Source: Hydrurus foetidus (lineage: Eukaryota). From it: DNA of 32,549 bases. Under the pieces are notes generated by a model. It was not told the DNA's origin, made no database searches, and saw only the letters and a program-made list of their open reading frames with translations. A program made the translations under genes and the position numbers. Shown one piece after another: positions 11,382 to 22,500 of this stretch (the first letter of the stretch is position 1; each line of letters opens with the position of its first letter). The DNA is taken from assembly GCA_900617105.1 (NCBI GenBank), contig UYFQ01000567.1, forward strand, positions 1 to 32,549. The letters are read 5' to 3'.

Positions 11382-11605
11382 TTCACCGCGATGTCCTAAT
11401 TGGTTGTTGTGAGGGTTGGTATGTCAGTTGATTGTGCGGAGTATAGTACAGAGCGGTATCAGTTTTGCCCCGGTATCAGTTTAGCCCCCCACTGGTATTC
11501 CCGACTTAGACGAATTGACTCCGTGTGGAAGAAAAAAAACCAGATTCGGTCCAAGGTTTTTTTTAAAAATTACGACCCCTCAAAATTTTATCCGGGCCTC
11601 CGTAC

Positions 11606-12585
11606 TTATTTGCCCTCTAGGGCATCTAACTTACTCTTTATGAACAGAGTTTGCTGCGCATCAGTGAATGATAAGAACTGATTGACATATGAGGAATTGT
11701 CTGCTAACAAGCCTATGAAGTCCATCTCTTTTTGCATGTCTAACAGTTCAGAGTGCTTATCTTTTAAAATACTAACAGCCTTATCGAATGGAGATAGCCT
11801 ATTCTGGTAAGTATCCTGATTTGACACTATCTTTGAGAGCAATTCATGAACTAAACTGACAGGCTTGGATTTTACCACTCTTACAAACGGTCGCACTGTC
11901 TTCAGCTCTTTTGCAACTCTGTCGACATTGCTTACTTGGGTTACTTCCACCTCACTGATGTCATCTTCATCCACCGGCACCCTTTTCCTGTGGCTTGATG
12001 CTGAATCAAGCGAAGGCGCTTCCAAATCCACCACGGCTGGAGAAAGGAAATCCACAGAGACGCTTGGAGCAGATTGACGAGGGGTCATAGGAGCCCTAGC
12101 AAATCGACCAGTTGCTGAATCCGCTGTGTATTAGGGAAGTACAAATATTAGCATATAAAACGAGTATTAATGTGTATTTAAGATTACTTACGTCCAAATA
12201 ATGCCGTTAATTCGTTAAAAAACATCAATGGTCCATCGGCAAACTCAGCAGCTTTTGGATGGCTAGCATAATACTCGTTTAATGCTTCTGGGGCACCAGT
12301 GACCATACCACTTGCATCCATCCCAAAACCACTTTGGTTTGCATACTTTGTGAACTCAAGGTATTTCTTCTTCAAAGAAAAACATTGAGTTTTAAGCATC
12401 TCTTTGTTATACTCTAAACCTGTCCTGATTTTGAACTCGTCAGCTATGATCTGCCAAGCAGTCTTGTCGTTAGACAAGTTTGCAAATCTGCCGGCAGAAT
12501 GCTTCGTCAGTAGGTCGATCAGAACTTTGCGGTTCATGTTCGACCACTTCGCCACGTCCTTTTTCTTGAAGGACGTCGACATCAT
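11606..12585 (-). CDS. Harbinger Myb/SANT-like DNA-binding protein; exons 12585-12192 and 12123-11606
   Basis: Trp-spaced Myb/SANT-like region (KWSNMNRKVLIDLL...AWQIIADEF...LKKKY); GTAAGT...CTAAT...CAG intron 12191-12124 joins the two ORFs in frame (LFGP-DSATGRFA). Confidence 0.9.
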
Positions 12586-12842
12586 TATGCTATATTGTGT
12601 AGTATGTAGTGCATAAACGATGGTTGCTACGACAGTTACCTCGATATTTTTGAACCAGGATGATCGGGTCCCAGACGATTCGAGGGGAAAGCTCTTTCTC
12701 GTGGAATCGCGATTTCTCGAAAAAAAATCGGTTTCAGAAATTTACCAAACACCGGATTTGAAAAAATTGAGAAATTTCAAAAAAACGGGGGGAAATCTCG
12801 TGGGATCGCGATTTTTCGGTTTACCAAACGCACCCAATAGCT

Positions 12843-13035
12843 CAAGGGTCGTGTTTAATGCATTTGTCGTTTTCAATCGGGTACCAGCCCCGCACACAAC
12901 AACACACAGCATTTTTCATGCTGGGCGGTCCCCCTGGGGAATGTTTTATTTTTCAGTCATGAAAAATGCTGTGTGTTGTTGTGTGGGGGGCTGGTACCCG
13001 ATTAAAAACGACAAATGCATTAAACACGACCCTTG
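12843..13035. mobile_element. 193-bp foldback MITE with ~78-bp TIRs
   Basis: 12843-12920 is the reverse complement of 12958-13035 with about 2 mismatches; AGCT on both flanks. Confidence 0.85.
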
Positions 13036-13152
13036 AGCTCCCACGCAGGTTCTGTCTCGATGATACTATATCTACTACATATTCATATTCATATTCATAA
13101 TCTCTTCATTCATATCCTCTGCTCAACTTTGTGAGGCACGAGAGTCTACACA

Positions 13153-14380
13153 ATGGCACTACGGATTTCGGAAGCCGTTCTCTCTGGAGTAAGCACATGG
13201 AGGGATTTTGAACTCCATAAAATCAAAGAAACTCTAGAGCATAATAACCACCAACGTGAAATTAATCTTATGAAGAAGCACCACGCAACGGAAGAAAATT
13301 TATCGAAAAGAATATATCTAGTCGAGAAGTATACTGAAATAGAGCAGCATTTTCAACAGTTGAATGCCGATCTCCTGACCGTCAGCAAAGAAAGCGGTTA
13401 GACAATATATGTCACAACTACTCTGTATTAACTGAACTTCGTCATTTTGATGAGAATTTTCATCCCGAAAACTTCACAGAACGCGACATGTTCGATCAGA
13501 GAAATCAGCAATTTTCGACCATCCTAGTTGCTACCACGATTGTTCTTTCTGGCAAGTCCTGTGATGTATTCGACCAGAACATATTCTCAACCCGTCGCAT
13601 GATGACTAATTCCTTGTCGTCACTCTCTCAGGTCTCATAACAGTCCTTATCCAAGGGGTTCTGCCAAATGGAACAAGTGAATTCCTTCAGATCGTGTATG
13701 CAATATCAAACAGCGGGTCTATGGCATTACTATTCATTTGCTCAGTTCTGTGTTTAGAAGTCATTTGGAGGGCAAGTCAATTTATGTACAAACGATCGAA
13801 GGTGCACACTTGCGATCTCGGAAATGCGATCAAAAAAACGAAGCAAATGATGACCAAAGTGCGTGGGATCAAAGCGTACGAGATGGCAAGCATTGACCGT
13901 CCCAGTTCTCGAAGACACATATCAGGAATGAGCGATGCGGAAATACTCGACGAGTTCGCTCAGCATGAAAGTGAGATTCAGCGCTACCTGCAGCAGCGAC
14001 AAAAAATTATTGATAAGGCAGCCTACATGGTTTTCTCGGAGGATGGTACCAGCATCGATAAGGAATCATTCTCACATTTTTGGCGCGATTCTTGTGGGTA
14101 TTACAGCAATGCAGCAATTCTATTTTTCTATGGTGGGAGTGCTCTACTATTCGTTGCTACAATGACCTATATGTGGGCAAGATTCGACTATGCTCTACTG
14201 AGCCCCATTGCAGCCAAAGTCTCAGTCTACCTCATATCCTTCGCCTTATTGGCTTCTCTAATCCTGGTAGTATATCTGAGATACTACGACAGGCAATACC
14301 TGAAGAGCAAAACGAAATTTGAGAGCGACAACAGAAAAGCAGAATTACTCCTGAATTTGGCTGAAAGGGACATGAAATGA
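13153..14380 (+). CDS. Host multi-pass (about 4 TM) membrane protein; exons 13153-13396, 13480-13551, 13632-14380
   Basis: Phase-consistent introns (GT-AG 13397-13479; GC-AG 13552-13631) give a continuous frame with a coiled N-terminus and four hydrophobic helices. Confidence 0.8.
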
Positions 14381-14446
14381 AAGGGCAGTGGCATGATGGG
14401 AGTTTAAAGTGAAAAGCAATTCTGTCCGAAAGATTGAAACTTATGC

Positions 14447-14586
14447 TGCGATCTCAGAACCATTATTAAAAAACGAAGCACATGACGATCAAAGTATGCG
14501 GTATCAAAGCATATCAAATGGTCAGTTTTGACCATCCCAGATCATGAAGACACACAGGAGAACGAGTTCGCGAAGCATGAAGGTGA
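14447..14586 (+). pseudogene. Degenerate partial duplicate of 13811-13974 (internal part of the upstream gene)
   Basis: Collinear shared words tgcgatctc, aaaaaacgaagca, caaagt, atcaaagc, tgacc.tcccag, gaagacaca, cgagttcgc, agcatgaa; contains indels and stops. Confidence 0.75.
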
Positions 14587-15605
14587 ATGGACCTCTTACC
14601 TCTGTTAATGGTGTCGGACCTTTGGTTGTTAGAAGCACCACGGAGATCAAAATAGAGAAAACGTCTCCTTTCGAACGAGTTGGACAGATTACAATTGTTG
14701 AGGAATCTCGTGGTAGTAATCAGCTTTACGTCATGATTTTGTTGGGAGTCGATGTCAACAACCAACTGATCGTCAGAAATGATATAGGCCGTTTCATATA
14801 ACCGATATCGCCGCTGAGCTCAATGCCTAGTCAGGAATGTCTTAGCAAAAGATGAGCAGTAGATGTCATGTGTATCTATCAAAATCGCTCGGATGCGTAA
14901 TTCCTGAGTGATAACGTTGATACGGGCGTCCGGCGATCTCCTCACTTCTCGTGAAATCGCATCCCCATTCTCAACACTGTTGTTTGGGACCTTCAGGACA
15001 AACAGATTGAAGGGAGATGCCTCGCCAGCAGGGTTCTTGAGTTGTGTGGGATCTGCGCATAATGTCCTGATACTTGAATTATTCTTATTCCGAATACTCA
15101 TGAGAGAAACAAAACCGATCAGAGTGTGATATTTCGGGATCCGTAATCCCTTCCGATATTTCTAAGGCAGAGCTATACTGATGTTTCTAAGGCAAGAATC
15201 CGATGCATTATGCCATCCAGTGCCGTCCGTTTTGAAATTCTTCGTGGAAGTTGGTTACTTTTTTATCCGATAATAACAAGTTACATCTACTATCTGATTT
15301 ATACTTCAACTTACAGCCGACATCTTCTACTGCGTGATATCTTGCCGGAACAATGCAAACTCAACGCGAATTTCCCAGGGAGGGGAACTTGGACCCATTT
15401 TACTAGAATTTACAAAACTTCCAGTACTTGCTGGTGATCCGAAGTGATTGATTCCTAAAATCTGAGTCAGCTTATCTTGCATAGAAACGAGCTGAAGGAG
15501 CTTCAAAGTACCCCAGAACGCTTATCATGAAGTTGATCACCTCGATTTGAAGCCCGTGCCGCTCAGCAGGACTCATCGACGTATTCTAGGATACAACACT
15601 GCTAC

Positions 15606-15833
15606 TATGAAATGAGCAAAATACCCAACACGTGCATATTCCGAAGTCTTCAAGTGAAGGAAAATCATTTGGAAGTTGGGTTTCCGTTCGAGTGAGTAGA
15701 GATTAAGGATGAAATATGAAATTAGCAGAATACCCACCACGTGCATATTCCGAAGTCTACAAATGAAGGAAAATCATTTGGAAGTTGGGTTTCCGTTCGA
15801 GTGAGTGAGATTGAGGATGAAATATGAAATGAG
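15606..15833. repeat. Tandem duplication of a ~109-bp unit upstream of the phosphatase gene
   Basis: Two near-identical copies of cacgtgcatattccgaagtct...tcatttggaagttgggtttccgttcgagtgagt...ggatgaaatatgaaat. Confidence 0.9.
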
Positions 15834-15992
15834 ACGAAAGCTGGAGAAAGTCCAGGGTCTTGGGTCTTGGGTCTCGGGGGCAAAACGGTGAAAAGGAATC
15901 CAGATCGCATGAACACCTTTGGAATTTCCCCAAAAAATTAAAAGTCAATCCGTTGTGCTTCCTCTGTTTTCTGCGGAATTTCAGAGGCAAAT

Positions 15993-17566
15993 ATGACACC
16001 CGAAGATATCCTATTGAATCAGGTGAGAAGCAATAAAGAGCAAGGAACTCAGGCATCTGCAAAGGACTTTTGAATTATCCATCACCACAGAGATTTCACC
16101 AGGAAAGCGAGATTCGCGGCTTCAGCATGAGCTCTCCAGCCTCCCCATACGCCGGTAGGACCACCGCAACTGCAATAATTGTCATTAAATTACTCTAATT
16201 CTGTTCTGTCGATGTTTGCATCTGACAAAGCACCGAATTCTCCGATCGCGTCATCGAAGAGACCTCGAGCCCCAGTCACTGTCGGTACGTCGAATGTTAC
16301 TGGCGAAATCGCGAGATCATTCACAAAATCTGACGTATTAAATCGAACAGTTGATGAAAGTTTGACATTTTGCTACTTCTAAACATCCTTTTACAGATTT
16401 GAGATCTCCCGGGAAGCCTCAGTCGCAACCGAGGTTCTACTGTCTTCAATCAATCTCAGATCCATCGCTCAATTATCTGTGTCAGCTCTGCATCCTCCAT
16501 CCTCTGATATCATATACCCACCAATGAAGGGAAATCGTTGGGACAACAGCTGCCTCAAGACGGATAAGTGGAAGCACAGATGAGACTCGCGTCGCTGGTG
16601 TACTGTTTTCTCCAGCCCTTAAAGACGATGCCGACGATAGTTTTGAAGGAGCCCACGCCGATGGAGCAGATGAAGAAGTTGATAATGAAGATGATGAAGA
16701 TGACGTGTTCAATCCATATCTATTTATAGCTGGTTTGCCCCCTCATTCAAGCGTCGTTATCAAGGACAAGATATGTCTTCCGCCTCTACCAAAGAATGGA
16801 ACACACCGCACTACCCTAGCCCTTGACCTAGACGAAACGCTGGTCCATTGCACTGTCGAACCGATTACCAAACCAGACCTTACCTTTGTGGTGACATTCA
16901 ACGGTACCATGTATCAAGTTTATGTGAGGAAGCGACCATATCTCGACTACTTTCTCGACTTAGTTTCCAAAAGCTTCGAGGTGAGTTTCTTAATCGTATC
17001 CCTGTAGATTTGCAAAGAATTCTTTCTTGACCTAACGCCTATAACTACCGACGCTGATTGGTCTTCACAACACATTACGTTCCGTTCTATTGACTAGGTC
17101 GTCATATTCACAGCATCTCAAAAAGTTTATGCCGATGTTCTTCTGGATCTCCTAGACCCCGAGAAAAAGCTCATAGGACACAGACTGTTCCGTGACAGCT
17201 GTCTGTTCGTTCAGGGTAACTATTTGAAGGATCTCACTGTTCTGGGGCGCGACATGAAAAAGGTAAATCGTCTATCACGCGACTGTTTCTACTACCCACC
17301 CTAACGATAATACTGTACTGTCGCAGTCGATACTCGTGGACAACTCCCCACACGCTTACGGCTATGATTTAGACAACGGGGTCCCTATTGAGTCTTGGTT
17401 TGATGATCCCTCAGATACCGAACTCTTGAAGTTAGCGGGGTTTTTACAAGGCGTAACAGATGTAGACGATGTCAGGCCGATTATTAAGAACCATTTCAAA
17501 TCCTATGAATTAGTGCATAACGCCACCCTCGGGTTCGCCACAGTCACCACTGCACCACCATTCTAA
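15993..17566 (+). CDS. SCP/CTD small phosphatase-like HAD phosphatase (NIF domain, CTDSPL2-like); exons 15993-16022, 16091-16154, 16231-16284, 16397-16433, 16530-16980, 17098-17262, 17327-17566
   Basis: DLDETLVH (DxDxT/V), YVRKRP, IFTAS, RLFRDSC, YLKDL and VDNSP motifs; all six GT-AG introns phase-consistent. The first exon is less certain (alternative ATG at 16127). Confidence 0.9.
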
Positions 17567-18183
17567 GATCAGATCAAGTATTATGGTGAATCGCTGCCTG
17601 ATCTACAGGACAGAGAGAAAATTCTTTAACCACTCCTTAGTTTCAAAAGCCTCGTGAGTAGTTTCGTGCGAATATTTGACACACATTTTGGTGTTGCCAT
17701 CAACGAAATGAAACCATGTTACACAGAAGAGCTGTGTTAAGTGTCCTTGCCTACATCCCTGCCACAATTACCACCCACTCATCAATGCCTCTACAGCTTT
17801 CACATATACATCACATCCCAAAACCTCCTAATCTTGACTGTCGATTATATCTCTATCCAAGAGACCCCGAATGTCCTAACGTTTATTGAACTACAGACTA
17901 CGGAGGTCCGCTATTTTAACTCCGCGAAGAACGGAGCACACTGCACGAAGATTATTATTTTTGCTTCTTTTATTTCTGTGTAAAGTTGTTGACTTAAAGT
18001 AAGCTCTCAGATGATCTTTATATGATGCATCTGAATAGAAAACTGTACATCGACATTTTTAAATTATATACTTACTGTAGCATAAACTAATTGAAAGTAG
18101 TCCATTAAATTTTTCTATCGCAAGACAACTGATGCCACATGGTAGTAGCGAACTATTTAGACGCTCATATTCGCGAATTTGAG

Positions 18184-18939
18184 TTACCTAAAAAAGCGGC
18201 TACTCCTCAGTAAATCAAGATCCCTGGGCAGTAAAACCTGCCCACCTCTGAGTGACATTTTATGGAGTAAGTCTCTGTCAGAAACCTTGAATATTTCCAA
18301 CTGAAGAACACAACGGCTGCCGCTCTCCGGGAAATCATTCGATTTTTCTTTTATAGAGATAAATAACGCCCTCAGTTTAGATTTCTGAAATTCCTGGGCA
18401 TAGGAATAAATTGTTATAGAGTCATCTCCCAATCCATTTGATTTCCAATCCCAGTTCTCATTGCTCGGATTCGGAGCTGTTGCTGAGAGGTATAGATCAC
18501 AATCGATTTTGGATAAAGTGAATGGATTCGACTCAAAAGAATTCTGATGAGTTTTAATCCTGAAGCCATGCTGATGATCATGTTGAGCTATGCACAGTTG
18601 CCAGCTAGGACGTGATCTGTATTGATGATTATCATTGACAAACATCGTTATATTTTCTGATATCACCAATGGATTTGTGATGGTCTCTATGTTGACGGAG
18701 TTGAACCTATCTATGCACAAGTTCGAATTCTGGGATCCCTCCTCAACGACGTAAAGATCATGACAGTCATTGGGGTACAGAATTGAAGAGGTGTCAGGTT
18801 TTTCAGCTATCGAGTAAGAAGACTTCAAGAAATACGTGAGGTAATCAGTGACTGAGAGAAGTATCAGTACTGCGACAAATGAAAGCACCCACGCTCTTAC
18901 TCTAGGCGGGTTTTCATCTCGGCGCCTTCTACCACTCAT
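18184..18939 (-). CDS. Signal-anchored protein with a PPC/UPF0669 (C6orf120)-like motif
   Basis: 251-aa single-exon ORF; N-terminal hydrophobic helix; DCDLYLSATAPNPSNENWDWKSNGLGDDSITI resembles the DxDLYxS...P.....S...G.D.I pattern. Confidence 0.6.
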   Translation of the reverse strand: MSGRRRRDENPPRVRAWVLSFVAVLILLSVTDYLTYFLKSSYSIAEKPDTSSILYPNDCHDLYVVEEGSQNSNLCIDRFNSVNIETITNPLVISENITMFVNDNHQYRSRPSWQLCIAQHDHQHGFRIKTHQNSFESNPFTLSKIDCDLYLSATAPNPSNENWDWKSNGLGDDSITIYSYAQEFQKSKLRALFISIKEKSNDFPESGSRCVLQLEIFKVSDRDLLHKMSLRGGQVLLPRDLDLLRSSRFFR

Positions 18940-19112
18940 GAGATAGCAATTTCTTACGCTCTGCCATGAAACCTCGTCTTTGTAGGACCCGAAGTGGGTT
19001 TTGAATAGTCCAATCGAATCTCAATGACGTTGTGAATGTTTTCAGTCTGTGAAGTGTGAAGTTCAGACTGTTGGAGTATCCGGAGAAAAGACACTGCTGT
19101 AGTTGTATACGG

Positions 19113-19526
<414 letters not shown>

Positions 19527-19598
19527 CACCCTCATGCTACAACACATTTGTTCGCAGTTTGATAATCAAGCATTTGTTGTCTACTAATACTTAATATT

Positions 19599-22500
19599 CT
19601 AAGCTAAGTCTTTGTCGGGCCACCCAGTGACTCCGTGTCTCTCCAATCTGAATTGTCCCCCCTGAAGCGGCTTCGTCAACATGTTAGCGTACATGTCCTT
19701 CGTCCCGAGGTGCACCACCCTTGCCTCTCCCATGTCCACCCACTCCTTCAGCCAAAAGTATCTGATGGAAATATGTCTTGTGCGCTCCGCCGCTGACCGC
19801 CCGCGGTCTATGAGAGCCATGCATGACATGTTGTCTTGATAGATCGTAACCGGCGCGCACGCGTGTCCTTGCCCTATGATGAAATTTCTCACGTGTAAAG
19901 CTTGGTTAGATGAGTCGGACAGTGCGACCAGCTCTGCCTCCGTGCTTGACTTCGTCACGATCTGCTGCTTCACGGACTTGCAATGTACTGCACCCCTTTC
20001 TCCCACCACAACGCAGCTCCCAGTGTGTGATCTCCCATCGGGATGTACCCCGAACGCAGCATCGATCAGGACACTCACGGCTATTCCCTTCGCTCCCGGT
20101 GCGAGCACTATGCCTCGGTCTCTGGTCGCCCATACATATCTCATCAGACGGTCCAACTTGGTCAGGTCGTCCGTGGTGCACTTGGTCACTCTGGTGGCGA
20201 GGAAAGCTACTGCTGTCAGGCAGTCCGGTCTCGTTCTCTTCGCTAAGTATAGCATCTTCGCTACTCGGCGATGGAAGATCACTCTCTCTTCCTCGCTCGC
20301 GTTTTCGATGTCCGGCCTCACATCGAATAGTCCCTCGGTCGCGGGAGTCTGCGCACCCTTGGCTGTCCCCGCCTCCTTCAGCATATCGTCCACGTAACCT
20401 GTCATTGAAACTTTGGCTACACCCTGCGAGGTTAAGTCAAACACCATCCCAAGGTAGTTCACTACAGGTCCGTCTTTCCTTGTTATATCTCCATACCTAA
20501 TGACCAGTCCCTCTGCAAGTGCTTCGATCATGTCTGCATCGGTGCTCGTGATCATCAAGTCGTCCACGTGGACAGCTATGGTGCATTGCACCCCGAGTGG
20601 GTTCCTTTTGTTGAACACGCATATGTCGATCGCATTGGGAGTGTACCCTAGACCGTGTAGACTCGCCTTCAGGTTCTCGTACCAGAGCGCCGCGGATTCC
20701 ACGCATCCGTATAGTGCCTTGTCTAGTCTCACTACGACGCACCCTCTGTCATTCATGTACCTCGAGTAGTGTGGTGCAAGCTTTGTCATCATCCCTGTCA
20801 TGTTCTTGTCTAAACGCATATGCACGGCAAGCCCGGCGTTCATGTCCGCGTTGAGGTATGCACCGCTGATGTCTATGACCGTCACCCTACGACCCTCGTG
20901 TGCCGCGATGCATAACAGAGTGAATACTGAGCTGGTCCCCACTGTCGGAGCGGACAAGTCATCGTAGAGTGTCTTGTCTTGTTGGTCTCCGCCCGCGACG
21001 AGCCTCGCCTTGAGTTTCTCGAATTCACCGCTGGCTAGGAATTTCTCTTTGAGGAACATGCTCGATCGGATGATGCGCGCCTTCTCCTCTCTCGGGAGTC
21101 TCTGTTTGTCCACTGGCGTCCATACTTTCTTTTTGATCATTTGCCCGAGCTCTTTGAGTATCACGCTCTCGGCTTCTTTCCCTCTCGTGCGCAGTGCCTC
21201 ATTCACTGAGATGTTCAACACGTATTCCTTCCAGTCGCCACCTACGGAGTTATAGTTACGAGTGAGTAGCGCAGCTCCATGTTTGTCGCCTCTAAACATG
21301 TCCATCAGTTTCTGTCTGGGCAACACTAGATGTCCTACGCTGGAGTATCTCTCTGCCGCCTCGGTTGCCTCCTCCATAATTCCGAGGTCTATCGCTCCGT
21401 TCTCTCCGTAGTCCTCAGGCACTCCCTGTTCATCACCGTATTCCACTCGCACTGCATCTGGACTCCCTACTTCAAGTTGTCTGAAGCTGCTCAGCAGATC
21501 GTCCATGTCAACCACCCTAGGCTCTATCCTTACTCTTGGTGTCGGTATCATATCGTCCGCGTAGTTCGACTCCTCACTGTAAGGTTCCTCCTCGTGCGCA
21601 TCGAGCGCGATATTCATCTCTTGGTCTGCTTCAACGTATATGAGCTCTTGCTCGTGACTCTCATCCATGAGCGACACCGCTGGATCTACCCCGTTGTTAA
21701 CCTCAGTCTGAATTGTCTCAGGTAGACCGTTTCTCATCTCACCGTCTTGCTCGAACCTAACAATGCGTTTCTCTAACTCACCCTTTCCTTTGACCCTACC
21801 ATCTGCTAGTTCAAGCTCATTTAGTTTCTTGTAACGGACTCTGGCATGGGCATAATAATGAATTGGTCCCTGTTCACTACCTTCCCGGTCGCTAAAGACA
21901 GCATTCGTACGGTCCCCGTACAGTTCCCTAATGGCAATATTACTACGCAGTCCTCGGTTCGCAGTTTTAGAGTCGCGTCGGTGTTCGGCACTGTACATTG
22001 AACATAGTCGCCGAATGAATAGCGGAATTCTCTTTTGCCGTCTGGTTTCCTCCCTATGAAGGCCTCCCTCGGGCTAGGGCCCCATTCCCGTTCTCCGTAC
22101 GGTTCGTAGTTCACCCTAGAAACTACGTACATTACGCACATAGCAATACCCACACTCGATAATGTGAAAGGCAGAATGTATACATGTGAACGTAACCTTT
22201 CTTTGATAACTCGAATCCTTCGTTCGATTCTAGCGACGTGGCCGCCCGCTCCACTGACATCGACATCTACTCCGAGCTTCCCTAGTTCGTCGACCAGAGT
22301 GATCACAGCTCCCTCTCCATCGCTCATGATCACCGAGGTCTTAAATCCTTGGGATCCTAGCACTCCTAGAAAATGGGCTATTCCTTTCCTCACGTGCTCT
22401 GCTGACCTGGTCGACTTCTTGAGCACTAGGTTGTTTAGACTATATGCTATAGTTAGTCCTAGAGGAGTCGCTAGGCCGATTAGAATAGCAATTTTGTCAA

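Larger units (their letters stand above)
8934..11495. mobile_element. pogo/IS630-Tc1-mariner-like DNA transposon with perfect 108-bp TIRs and two convergent genes
   Basis: TIRs 8934-9041 and 11388-11495 (CCAGTGGGGGGCTAAACTGATACCG...), each with two AAACTGATACCG direct repeats; flanked by TATT on both sides. Confidence 0.93.
7384..12835. mobile_element. PIF/Harbinger DNA transposon, complete, with nested insertion
   Basis: TIRs GGGTCCGTTTGGTAAA (7384-7399) and TTTACCAAACGCACCC (12820-12835); 3-bp TSD AAT (7381-7383, 12836-12838); convergent DDE transposase and Myb/SANT genes. Confidence 0.95.

Noticed and set aside
12620..13036. 138-aa ORF, and ORF 11400-11681
   Set aside because: They span TIR, subterminal and MITE sequence across element junctions and have no motifs.
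15606..15833. Direct repeats here and at 28086-28434 as CRISPR-like arrays
   Set aside because: Two-copy tandem duplications without unique spacers, in a eukaryotic context with no cas genes.
21821..21998. Programmed frameshift between Copia integrase and RT
   Set aside because: No slippery heptamer, and the related Copia reads through the homologous position in one frame (LPMTQSVIMTLN); a 1-bp loss is more likely.
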